A stretch of DNA of 64,000 nt from Phoronis australis (lineage: Eukaryota > Animalia > Phoronida), in NCBI GenBank assembly GCA_002633005.1, contig NMRA01000112.1, positions 214,864 through 278,863 of the forward strand, written 5' to 3'. The notes beneath the pieces are model-generated. The model did no database searches, was not told where the DNA came from, and saw nothing but the letters and a program-made list of their open reading frames with translations. A program made the translations under genes and the position numbers. Positions 25,401 to 38,600 of this stretch are shown here, piece after piece; the first letter of the stretch is position 1, and each line of letters starts with the position of its first letter.

Positions 25401-27762
25401 ATGTCGAAGGTCGTGTTATTTCTGCTGTTGGTCTTCTTAACGACGAGATGCGTTATTACGCAGCGTCCGTCCCCTGGTGTCTGGGAGAAAAAACCTACGT
25501 GTAAAAATGGCCAGTGCTACCTTTGCTTCATTGCTGAAGACGGATCTCACAAACCATGTTACAGAGTTCCTTACAGAGTTTACAAAAGGGTATGAAATTC
25601 AGAAGTAGTGTCAATCGCGGGGCCACAAAAGACTTGCCACACAACAAAACTCTCGTTACGAAATGAAAACTCTTGTCACACCCCATATATAACTCATTTA
25701 CGGCAAAAAGTCGTACCAAGAAATAAAGAGGCCTGTGGTGACTGAGTTGTAATGGGGGTCAGACATTTTCGTGGCAATGGTTCTCTGCGCGTGGTAAGAT
25801 CTTTGTGGTGCGTGATAAATGTTTGTGGAGAGCAGTGAAAGTTTTGTTCCATTGCTAAAAGTTATGTAGTTATGTATTCTTCCGCTACACCACTAAGTAC
25901 AAACACTTCATACTATGTGAACATTTGTTGATGACAGTGTGTGCGTGATCTGATACTGATTGGCTTGTAGGGCAAGTTCAATATCCTCTTGTAGTATTTA
26001 TAAGCTTGCTCGACCTGAAACAGAAAAAATTATTCCAATTTTTCCTGTTTCATAAATTTAATAATATACAATTAGCAATTCCACGCTTTCATTTTAGACC
26101 TGGGAAGATTGCCCATCATGTCGACAGATTTTTAAGTTGGTACGTAGAACATTTTAAATGCCATTCCATTCGTACTGTTGCACGTGAATGATTGTAAAAC
26201 CATCAAAATATCCTTTACACAATGAATTGTGGTCTTAGTTCCTCATACTCTGGGAATGTGTACATTGCACAGGTGTCGCTTAGGACTCGAGTTGTCGCCG
26301 CACCAACGTGTAAGAAGTGCGGGCTTGCGAATATGGCATGCAGTGGTTTGCTCTCTGTTGCCTCAATTTTTGAACTTCCTGTCGCAAGATTTTCCACATT
26401 TGAAGTAATAAAATGGTCTCCTAACAGTGACAACAATTAAGGTGGGGCCTCTGATTTATGCGGGGCCCTTAGCTGTGGCTTAGTTTTAGGCATAATCAAG
26501 CACTCACTGAAGAAAACAAGTTTTTCTTCTATACCATGTTTTCAGTTCAAAGTTTGATAATTCATAAATTGTCATTTAATTCTCTTTCCCTTCAAATGAA
26601 AATGTATAGGTTTTTACAATAAGCAAAACAATGAAAAATGACGACACAAAGTGGTTTGAATTCATTGTCAGCATCGTCGGTTGCCAGTGTTAGGAGTCTC
26701 GTGTTCAAACCTACGAAATGTGGGCTTCATCGCAGGCTGAGATTGGTTTCTGAGCAGAAGAAATGGAGACATTTTAATAATATGAACAGAGGCTGCTTAA
26801 TTTCTCATAGATACATACATATGTGGCATATTGCATGCGCGTTCATACACGACATTCGGTTCCTATTCGTCTTACATGTTCCTGCTGCAATAGAATAATA
26901 CCAAGTGGCCAATGTCCATCCGTTCACACTGCCACCGACTTCTTGTAGTGGGACAATATCAGGTACCCTTGCACTATCCGTTCATCGTTCCTCTGTGCCG
27001 GTTCTGGTGCTGGGTTTCTATGATATTGTGATCAGTGACAGATTCATATTTTTATGGGGCATGACGTCAGTACCAGCCATCATGGAGACCCCTACATGGC
27101 GACGAGCAACAGTTGTCTCTCTGAGCTTGAAACTAACCCCACTCGTCCCAAAATCCTCCCCCGGTTGCAATTAATTCCAACCTGTCTTTCGTTCGCCGCC
27201 ATACCTCTCAGCCTCCTAACGCCACCGCTCCACGCCCCCTCGGTTGCCACTGATTCCTCAGTGTCTCACGGTCTCCCACAAATTGCATCTTCCATTTTGC
27301 AGCGCTGTACCGTATGATGCATTGCCTGGTCCATCTTGCTGCAAGGTGGAATCCCTGTTCATTGTGTAAATTAATTTAATGGGAAATTAAGTTAAGCATA
27401 GTGGCAACTTCGGCGTTGAGACATCTCGATTTAAAGCCTATACATCGAGTTTCTAGCTGAAAAAAGCACCGTTTTAACCGATCTTTTTGTAATCTTGACA
27501 TTAAGTTCCCGAAATCTTACTAAAATGAGAATATCGTATACCATATTAATTCTGCATTTTAATCCTATGTTGCTTGGATACATTGTGTGTTTATATCTAT
27601 GCTAGTAATGGTTGTGTCAAATATAGATGGCTTATTGTTTTGAACTCACTAGCTCAGTGTTCATAGATCAGTAAAGCATTTTTCTGTGCATGAACTTAGA
27701 ATTGCACTTACTACAGTTAATAAAATTTTCTGTTTCAGATTTCTGGTCTAGAAAAGGAGTAA
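25401..27762 (+). CDS. Small secreted cysteine-containing peptide precursor, 70 aa, unknown family
   Basis: Coding exons 25401-25589 (acceptor ttttacag at 25398, donor gtatga) and 27739-27762 (acceptor ttttctgtttcag, ISGLEKE*). Protein: MSKVVLFLLLVFLTTRCVITQRPSPGVWEKKPTCKNGQCYLCFIAEDGSHKPCYRVPYRVYKRISGLEKE. It has a signal-peptide-like N-terminus, a C-x4-C-x2-C-x10-C core and a KR dibasic site. AATAAA at 27891; candidate non-coding exon 1 at about 23465-23526. Confidence 0.65.
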
Positions 27763-30700
27763 ATACATGTAAAATTTAAAGAAGAGGACGAGGACACGAA
27801 CTAGAGACGCGGACAATCCGAATAACGGCAGTGAACTTGAATTACACCCAGTAGTCCATAATTTATGAAATACAGTTTGATGAATTATTAAATAAACCAA
27901 AATAGTATTTTTGTTTTTGTCGCCAACAAGCATGGATAATTCATGAAATACCTGGTGGCTGATCTAAGAGGTATTTGGGCATAGAGCGCTACAGAGCAGA
28001 TGTGCACAAGTCAGAGGCGGATCTGTGCCAGTTTTATGGACCACACTACACTACTCATGCTAGTTGATAACCTTGTGGACCAAAAAACAACGCCTACGGC
28101 CATTGCGACTATTTGTTATCCTTTGGACATGATGGTCTGCTCTCCTCTCTAATTCTAAATTTTTTGTTGTGCGAGCGGACGGGTTATGTATTGAGGAGGG
28201 GTTAAACCCATTCAACCCCTGTAGATCCGCCACTGACCTTGCGCGAAGTGAACACTCGAAAAATATTATAATTTAAAAAGTTTGCAAAAGTGGAAGACGT
28301 GCGAGGGTGATTTACATATATGGGGGGGGGGGGGNNNNNNNNNNNNNNNNNNNNNNNNNNNNNNNNNNNNNNNNNNNNNNNNTCGTTGCAACTCATGACA
28401 GCACGCGCTGACATCTGTCACAAGAATTATGTAACAGAATAAGTAAAAGACACGAAACACAAAAGTTACTTTCATGCCGTTTTATTTTTTTAATTTTCAA
28501 GGCTTCCATAAGTGTCAGGGGTTTCTCGGGCTGAGGTCATAGGAGTGTAATGTGAACATACTCCCCATGGTGGCAGTCCGTTGTCACATTTTTGCACCCC
28601 TCGAAAGCCAACATTCCCGGCTATCCCATTGTCTCTATCTTTCACGCTAGTTTTACCAATAGGTAGCATTGGCTACGAGGCGAGGCGCTTACGTAATTAG
28701 TATGGGACTCTAAGCTCTCACTTGAACCAGCGTCTCAGTTCTGTCCTAACCAACTTTTCATAGTGGTCACTGTTATAAAATTGCTCTAGTGTCCTTATTA
28801 AGATTAGAAATGATTTCTGGGCTAAGAAGAAATGACAATTATCCACTGGTTCAAACTCTGGCTAACAAGGTCTGAAATCTGAGCTTCAAACGAGGCTAGT
28901 GAAGGTCTGTTCAAGTTATTTTCAGCCGTCGAAGCACTATGGCCACCAAGGGAACTCTGGTCGTTTTATTTCAAAAACAGAAAACAGAAAATGGCGTTGA
29001 CGGCACAAAAACGCCATTGAAAAAAGTCGCTTTTAAAGTACAGAACATCATATCTAAGAACTGTCTGGTCCTATTTTTATGAACTTTAACATGCTTCATG
29101 CACTGTTTTCCAAAACACTGTTAGGAATTAAAACTACAGTTTTGTAGATTTTTGGCTCATAAATACAGACTCATCGATAACGTTCTACAGAACACGGATG
29201 GTTTAATAACGGCGGGATAATCCGGCATTGCTTGCCACACGGAGTCAGAATTTGGTCACAGGTTACCATACAGACACGAAAGCATCTAGCACAAAACACT
29301 ACACTAGAAACTTGGGTTCCGTCCGTTTCAGTTTATTCGAAGAACTGACGCGGGTTTTGAAAACGATACCAAACCCTGTTTTGATGATTTAAGCCAATCT
29401 TCTGGCGTCCCATTTGGATAATAAAATCAGGATTCAACTAAAAACTCACACTTTCTTTGTCACAGACTTATAGGATAACATAGCACTTGGTGAAATGGTC
29501 TCTCCCTAGCTCTACAGCTGCCTCGGAACTCGCTCGTAAAGCGTAAGTCACGCTTGCCCATTTAGCAGGGTTTTCTAAGAAATTTTCAAATTTTGTTAGA
29601 TTAAGGGTTGTCGATGGTTTCTGACCATTATTTTTTCAGTCGACTAAATGGGCTAAGCGACAACTTACGCATTGTGCTAGTTACGCAATGGTATCAGGTG
29701 CATCTGTGTTCACAAGTTCCAAGTCTGTGTGAACCGGACTTAACGACCACGACTACTAAAGAGTCGCACTAAACAGTGCCACGTGATTTATATTTCATGG
29801 CATTATCCATGTGAAAACAGAAATGACGCTGACTTCGATCTCGCCATTAAACACAATTTACAATGCCTGTGATTTTAGCCCCACTTCTTTACAATTTTCA
29901 AAAATTAAATCATTCTTTATCATTATAGGGAGACCTTTGAACAGTTGAAGTGAGTTTGCTTTTGGCCGCACCAAGACTTTGTCTTCCTTCTTGTGGCATC
30001 GAATGAGTGAACTGGCTTTAAAACAGTTTAAGACGAAACGGAAAAATATCAAGACACTTGTTGAGTGTAAATTTCATGTTGATCCGATAAGATTTGCGAT
30101 CTGTGTAGCGCATGCGAACAAACAAACAAACAAACATGTGACTACACTGACAAAAATGATTTTATGACAAAGCAACATGGTCGGAGGAATTTCATTTCAC
30201 CATTTAAAAATTAAGAAGTATATTGAAATGTCTTGACACAGGCCGGAACGCCTGCATTTATCACGAACTTTGTGTTGTAGCCATTTAAACTTGCCGCATT
30301 TACTAAGAACAGTCCATTATATGTAGTGGTATGGTTATGCATAATATTCGTAAATTAATTTTCGATCCACTTCTACGATGTCATAAACTTTCGCACATGT
30401 AGAACTTTTGAATACGTTTCGCAATATATTCAGACGTGAGTATAAAGTAACCCCGTTGCACTAATTTATTCCGTGTTGATTTCAATACCTCCCTATTTTA
30501 CTTGGGCCGTTCTTCCGCCTTTCTGTCGCCCTTTTTGATGACGTCACCACTTTGAGGCGCACTTCTAAGCCGAATTACAGAACTTAATAATTTCTTTGTA
30601 GAGAAATTGAATGTAATAATATTTATAAATAAAACTATTTTATTCATAGACGACTTATAAAATGGTTTTTAACAATAACTTCTCATTTTTAGTGACAAAA

Positions 30701-31472
30701 CATATTTATTTACACCTAAACTCTTTTGCGGAAGGATATCCGGATTTATTTTCAGTAGTTCATTTGGCCGTCAGAGTGTCGCCACTGTGAATAGACGAGT
30801 TGTTCTCGAGGAGTCTTGGTTCAAGAAACTGACGATTTCCATTTATTTCAAAACATCTTCAAGTTTCTTCAATTCTGTTTTTACGTACCGGTAAACAGAA
30901 GAAAGGTCACTAACTGACGAAATCCAGAAGCCATAAACTGAGGTAAATTTAGGCGATTAGTAGACACTTTACTTTCTAATCGAATGAAGTGACGGCTGGA
31001 TTTGGAAAGTGTTGCGATTGTAAGCAGCCAGACATTTCGGCACCGCAAATCTGTCGAGCATTTCACTGGGGTTATAAAGACAACGTGATATTAGCTACGT
31101 TAGTTGGTGTAAGTTGATTAAGATAGGTGCTTGGTTTATAGCCAAATCGTTCTTCTTTACCGGTATTTGGTCAAATTCAATTAACTTCCGGTTTGATTTC
31201 TGATTTCTGTTCACTCTCACGACACTCTGTGCTCTACTTCCATGCTGCTTATTGCCTTAGAAAAGAGTTGTATGGTTGAAAAGGGGGTTAACCGAAAAGG
31301 GATATTGAATTTTGAAGTCATTCTTAACACTAGATGGTGTTTCCACATTTGGTATTTTTTGATTTATAATTTCATACTTATAAATCAAAAAATACCAAAT
31401 TTCATACTTTAATTCGTTTTGTTTCTGGCAGGGCTGCGTAGCATGTGTCGCTGTAAGTTATCTATACCAGCC

Positions 31473-32183
31473 CACAGGCGTCCTCAGCTTCCGGTCATAC
31501 TACAAGGTATGACATTCGGGACTAGAAATTTCACAGGTGCTTCAATTCAGCTGTCTATGTCAAACACATAACTCAATACATTTACGCAAAACAGTTGTTC
31601 AACAAGCCATGAGCAATTGTTCTTTTTTCTAATACCATATATGGTGTCCTGGTCCAACGAATTCACAACAAATTTGTGGTCAAACCACAAAAATCTTCCC
31701 AAAAAGCCCATACATACTAACTCCCGTGTCCCACGCGAGTCGGTTCAACTACGGTACGGAATTATCTGATGAGTTACGGATAGACCGCAATTTCCGGTTC
31801 ATGACGACAAGTTACGAGAAGGTCTGGGTAAGTGTGGAGTTATCAATGTCGTGATATTCCATGTCAAACTGGAAATTTCCATGGGACACGGGAGTTAGTA
31901 TGCATGGGCTTTTGGGGAAGATTTTTGTGGTTTGACAGCTGATTTGTTGGGAACTTGCTGGAGCAGGACACCGTAAATGGTATTAGAAGTAAGAACAATT
32001 TCTCATGGTTTGTTGAACCTCTGTTTTGCATAAATTGAATGGCCCGGCTGAATTGAAGCGTCCGTGAAATTTCTAGTCACGAGTGTCGAACCTTGTAGTA
32101 TATACATATACATATACATATATATATACATATATACATATATATAGTGTATTGGGGACGATCGGAAGCTGAGGACGCCTGTG
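31473..32183. mobile_element. Foldback MITE with about 260-bp TIRs (P- or hAT-like, CA termini, 8-bp TSD)
   Basis: CACAGGCGTCCTCAGCTTCCG...CGGAAGCTGAGGACGCCTGTG. Arms about 31473-31732 and 31882-32183; flanks taccagcc/taccaacc (1 mismatch). A (TA/TACA)n tract interrupts the right arm. Confidence 0.8.
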
Positions 32184-32469
32184 TACCAACCCAGGAAAAT
32201 GTACAATTATCCTCGAAATTTACTTGCTAAGGCTCCAAAGTATTTAGCTAAAGACCCATTAGTGTTCTCCACAATCTGTTTTGCCGTGAGTAATTTGGCT
32301 CACCTGCATTCAGTTTGAAAATCAGCGCAACAATCTTTAAGTCCAATATTCTATCAGCACTCGCAGGAACTGGTGTCCTGTTAAGTCTCTTCAACTGGGT
32401 TCCGTAGATCAAAAAATCTTGTGTAAAAGTGAAGTGAATGTTTTGCTAGTATGCTCTGGAGTTTACTAG

Positions 32470-32620
32470 TGTGGTGAATCTATAGTGAGTGTAGTAATAC
32501 AAAGGTCTCTCATAATCACCGCCAACGGTCAATTGCTCTTTGGTCGACTGGTTAGGATGCCTAACACTGAAGTAAGAGGTACCAGGCTCGAAACTGGGGA
32601 CGAGGTCATTTTTCACCACA
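32470..32620 (+). mobile_element. 151-bp TGT...ACA mini-element with a tRNA-like core
   Basis: CTAG|TGTGGTGAA...TTCACCACA|CTAG. Internal A-box-like TGGTCGACTGG (about 32541) and B-box-like GGCTCGAAAC (about 32585). A second right end (ttcaccacactag) lies at 33022. Confidence 0.6.
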
Positions 32621-35600
32621 CTAGTGTACCCTAACAAAGTGGCTGCCATTAAGTTTATTAGTCAGTGAGATTCAGCCACGGAATAGAATTCACTGTATCC
32701 ATAGATGAAGATTTCTTACCACATGTGGTGTTCAGGTGTATGAAGCGCATCTCTCTGATTGGTTTATATTCAACCGACTGACTTCAGCACTTCTTAGTTG
32801 TCAAGTGTATATGTAACTTAATGCTATGTTGTTCAACCTCCCCATTTTTTCCAGTAAAGTGCACTTTGGGGTCATACCTATCCCATGTCTCCGGATACTG
32901 TATGTCGCATACTAGTACTACACATTTTACATGTCAGATGGACTCCCTGTATTATCTATTTATTCGCAAAGCAGAAATTTACTCAAAATCAGTGTGTACC
33001 TGGAATGTTCACCCTCGTCTATTCACCACACTAGATCCTAATCTTACTCAAGGGACATGATGCCTCCTAGACCTCACCCTCAAGGCTCTAGAATTATTCA
33101 TTAGGTTGACTTGATTCTCTCGCTTTTCACCTTCTGAAGATGCCAGGTCCCTTTTCTGCAGCCATGGATTCATTGTCACTGAGTCAATATTATTCCATGT
33201 TCACAGTTTCATTCAGTTTTGCCATGTATTATTTAAGCCAGCCAGTGATCTCTTGCATTCTCTGATTCTCTCAGATTCTCAGAATCAAAATTTTTGTACC
33301 AGAATCTATAATATCTGTATTAATTGAATTCACACCTAAACAACTTGCCTTGGTTGAGGAGAGCAAACTTCACATTAACACCAACTTGGACCCTTACCTG
33401 GCCGTTTCATATGTTTACATCATGCACTATGACAATTCAGTATGTATACTGGGTTGCAAGCGAACTCCAAATCTACACGGGTTTATATCCCCTGGAAATG
33501 GATGCTGGATATCTTGGCCTTCCGGCTGGTTCATTCCCCCCCGAAAATTGAAATCTTGTGCATTCTGTAAGTTTGGTATCGTACAATTTAGCAGAGGTCA
33601 TGCAAGATCACACTGGGTGTTTCCAGATTCTTTAGTAACCTTGTATTTGGACATTTTTACAATTGACTAATGCACACTGGCATGAAAGCTATTTGTCAAT
33701 GATTAAACTTCTCAGAAATCAAGAGTGAAATGTTTGTGAACTGTGTGGGAGTGCATGCTGTGTTGTAGACAGATTTCTAAAATGTTAAATAATGTAGAAA
33801 ATAAATCTGAAACTAAATAAGGCAATCCAGATCTTCCCAAGGATACTATTGTTTCACGAAATGTAGAATATAAATAAGTAAATAAAACAACAAGAATGGA
33901 TCAACTGAAATTTTCGGGTGTAATAATGTCCTTTGTCAACAGAAACAGAAATAAAGTAAAATCAAACACTATATAACAAGATATGGTGTAATGAATATGA
34001 TACATTTTTGCGTAAAAAATTCAATGATATATGTTAAGAAGTTTTTACGTTCAAGCTCAGTACAATAGAACCTCATGGATTGATCCATTCTTGTTGTTTT
34101 ATTTACTTATTTATAAAATGTTACAAAATTCAGCATGTGATGAGTTGGGTAATCAGTGTGAATTGCACATGAACTAAGTCTTGAAGAACTCGTGACGACT
34201 GAACACTTCGCGCCATGGTGTCGATGTTCATGTCTTGATTGTGATGGAGGCCTGCACACTGCACAACCTTTTAGTGCTTGTACGTGTCACTCTGTGTCTT
34301 TGCAGCCAATTTATGTCGTGAACAGTACTTAATTTATGCATGGAAGGTGTGCAAGTACCATGCAAGCGTAGCAATGCAATAGCATGCATTACCTTGTCAA
34401 GTGACGAGCTAGTGCGTAGCAAGTGGCGAGCTAATGTATGCGATATTTATATTGTACAAATGTTAGTGTAGGTTAAGTGAAATGAGTGTCACTCAAGTGA
34501 TTGGGCAGCTATGCTAGAATGTTGAATTGTTGGAGGAATTTCCTTTGGTTGCTGAATGTCATGTTGTCTTCCTTAGCATTGTAGCCTTCTGATTTAACCT
34601 TTTGTCATAAAGCACCAGAGAATGAAATGGGCACATCTGAGTTCAAAAAGCGTCCAAAATGGGTTTCACAATTTTTCATGGTGTCCAACCAGTAACATTT
34701 GACAGCATTTTTATGAACCAAAGTCAAATTATGTATGTTGTTGTGGAGACGTGATTACTTATGCAATAAGTTTTTCACATCTTGCGCCATTTATAAACCT
34801 CACTGTGTGTGTGTGTGCGTGCGTACGTGTGTGTGTGGGGGAGGGGGGTTGATGGTGAACAGTGATGGGGGGTAACGCACCGTTGGTATCATGGACGCCC
34901 TGGAAACCTTTTTTGGCCTCCCTATTTTTGAAATTCTGGATGAAGCCGTGGTCCATATGGACGCCCTTAGATGAAGCCCTGGAATGAAATCATAGATAGA
35001 CAGAAGGGCAGATTAAAAATTTGGTATCATTGGTTGTTTTTGTTCAAAATTAGGAAGGGATTCCGAAGGGTAACAAGAATAATAGACCTTGGTTGCAACT
35101 TTTGTGTCCAATTGATCAACTGCAGTGTTGTGAAGGTAAGGTAAATTAAAACATTAGTATGCATTCGCTGTCATCAAATAAATCACGGCACAGACTTGTG
35201 TAATCGAAATCAAACACAAAATTATTTTTGACATTTTGGTATATGTTTCTGCAAACTCAGAAAAGTCTTTTATTATTTGCTCGAGTATATTATGGTTTAC
35301 GCAAATGAGTGTTAAGTTCAAATTTGCACTTGATAACCCGTAGATTCAAGTTACAACCCAGAGCAAAAACTCAAGATTTCGAATTCCGTCTCAAACTCAT
35401 AGCTGTAACAGTGGGGTCGTTAAGTGCAAACTGGTATTAGATATCCATTATGTATTCCAATAGAGATAAATAAACACCTAGTAGTTTTGCACAAAAATAT
35501 AACGGAATATGTCAAAAATAAGTTTGATTTTCAGAACGGATTAGACTACACATCCTGATGTGGACAGAGCAGTGTTGAGAAAAATATGCATAATGAAATG

Positions 35601-38600
35601 AAAGTTATGAATAAATGTGATGGATATTGAAGTAGTGCCATCTGTTTAATATGTGTACTACATGTCTTGTACTTAGAAATTTTGAATTTGCCGTTATAAT
35701 ATGGAGTCTTTTAAATTTTAATTGTTTTTGTTTTCTATGTCGAGTATTTGAAATGTGTCTTGGAGAAATTGTCAGGCATGCACACATTTGAAACACACGA
35801 ATTTCATTAGCCATCAATTTTAGTTTTAGGGTCTTTTCATTATTTTTTTTCTTAAAGCACAAATGTTGTCCAGAAATCACCTGGAGGCATTACCGGTACA
35901 TCTGGGGAAAATTTTATAGTCAGTTACATGGTATTCCGTACCATATCTTGAGTGTTCCCAAATGTCATGTACATATTCAACTCTAAAGTAGTTCTACCAG
36001 TAATTATCTTGAAACCAAAAGGCATCAACATGCAAAAATCGTGGAGGTTGAAGTAACAGTCGAATGATCAAAAGAAACTTTTGATTTCCTGTCCTTAGGC
36101 ATGTATCAGACTGAGTTGACACTAAATGACCCCTGTCTCCAGAGGTCTAATTATGGTCAATCTGTGAAAGTCCACTGTCTCAGATTTTGTGTGAAAATGA
36201 CTGTAGTCATGTAATTAATGGCAATATTACCAGTTGCTGCTGCATAACTGGCTGGTATTGTTGATATTATCATAGGACTTTGTTTAGCTTTTGAACAACT
36301 TTTAGTCCTTGACACTTGGTTGAATGTGGTATCAGGTTTTAGTTATAGTAATGACAGTTGAAAGTAGTTATTGAGTATTCCAGGAACACTCTAAATAAAG
36401 CAACTAAAATCAAAATCATCAGTCTGTAGTTTCTCTCGGCGTTGTACAGTCTCACACATGTTGGTATTCCCATTTCTAAATACGACATGTTTCCAATAAC
36501 GACCCTGATATGAAAGTCATCAACAACAGCGTTTGCGGTCTAAGAAAAGTTCAAGAATCAGCGCAGAAACCATAAAAAATCTCCTTCTTATCACCTGGTC
36601 GGCACATGTTGGGCATTCCCCGCCTCTCCTGACTTTAATCATTTGAATACAGACATCAGTATGTTGTGTTGTCCAACAATTTCAGGCTGTTGTTTTCAAT
36701 TAGTCTCTCTTCTGCTTTTCGTTGACCTCTGACAAAGTATCCTGTAATTGACTGGCCCACTTTGTAGAGCTCTGTTCCACACATGTGAAAACAGGATCTG
36801 GTTTGAATTTGTATTTTGTGGAACAGACCTGAGGCAGGTTGCAAGATTAGGACTTTTTGACTTACATGTTCCTCTGACTATCAAATAGTATTTCTGATTT
36901 TCCAGTCTTTTTGTTTTCTGAACATTTTTCTTAGATTGTTAAATGTGTACAACATATATTCCAGTTCTAATCCAAGGTTAGAAACCTGTCTCGTGCACTA
37001 AATGGGTTTTCCAATCTAACTAATGTTTTAGTCTAGACTACTTCTGTTTAGCTCGAGCCTTCAACAAACCGATCCTTGACATTTCGAAAATTTTGATTGC
37101 TTCGATCTTCTCAATTTAATACTCACTAGGTGTAGTGAGTTTAGTGTTTTTTTTCACTGCTTTACACTTGTGTACCACTGTCACATGGATTGTTGGAGGT
37201 CGATGGTGACCTTTTCTAAATTTACACCATTGATTGAACTTCCCTATGTGTTTGTTAGATGGTCTGACTCATATCTGGTGTACACATTCCTGGAATCATT
37301 CGCCCAATATAATCAAAACAGGCCAAATATTGTTGTCTTTTGGCCAGCATGATTCATTTCACCATTCATACTGCCATGAATAAGAGAACAGCGTTAGTAG
37401 TGTGTTAGTTATTGTTACATTTAATACATTGTCCGTTTCACTGCTCCTTGTCAATGTATCCTTTGTTTCTATACCTATTACACAATATTGCATTGTGGTC
37501 TGATTAATTGTTTAAGTAGCCATCCACTTACTCAAGATCTTCATTGATTACTAAGTTTGATTACATCTGTACTTCTTAGTAAGCTCTTCGCTAACCTCAC
37601 ATGTCTGGTTTCCCATGGTGGTCATGTCAGGTGCATAACTGTGTGATTCACAGACAAAACACTTGTCCCCCTCTTGTCAGCAAGATTTACACCTGAGCAC
37701 TGGGCTAAGTACAATATAAATCATTGAGCAGGCAACTATATTCAGCAATAATTCCATATTTTTTTAGCATTCTATGCTTCTTCTTTTAAGTTCAGCTTAG
37801 TTTTTACAGGTCCCTCGTTCATCTGAAGGGTATTTTTTCAGGTCAGGAAAAGTTCTGTTTCCCCTCTTCATTCATTTGATACAATATTCATCATTTTCGG
37901 TACGACGTTATTACGTAAATTAGAGCTTGAGAAACTTTTTTGTCTCCAAATGTGACCTTCCTCTTTTCTAACAGAACATAAAGGAACTAGAACTGGAACT
38001 GTTTTTCTGTAGCCTAAAACCATACATAGGTGCTGAAATTTCTTTCCGCCATTGTGACCATTCACCGCTAACTTCACTACACTTCGTATTCAAATTCAGT
38101 GAATTTTAATTTTTGACATACAAACAAGGTTCTTGCCACTTCTTTAAACTTGGGAGAAACCTGTTTCCAAGCAACAGATTTTTTAACCACTTGTATCAAT
38201 TTTACCTTAAAAGCCAGAGCGATTGTTTTCACGGTATCCTGCTTTCACTGCACTAAAACGCAGAGTGAAGTTTAGCCTCGGCTGGTTACCAAAGCAAAAT
38301 GCTGCACGTTTATTGTCAAGCCCACCCGCTATGAAACTTGGGATTTGTAAGTGCTGTTTATTACAAGTAAATACAGATCATGTAGTGAGAGACATCGTAG
38401 TAGCATAGGAAACTAATTCTTAGTCAGAAGTGTGCAAACTTTATGACATATTTTGAATATAGTGAGCGAAAGATGCGATGGAGACAATTGCCAAGATATC
38501 AGAGCCTATCCTCATAGCCTTGGACTGGGTTAGCCTAAATATTTTGATTTATTCTAAAATACGGTAAGCCCACCAAATACGTTGCAAAAATAAGTCAATA

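Noticed and set aside
32535-32607. Functional tRNA gene
   Set aside because: The acceptor and anticodon stems pair poorly and the B box deviates; it is treated as a tRNA-like part of a mobile element.
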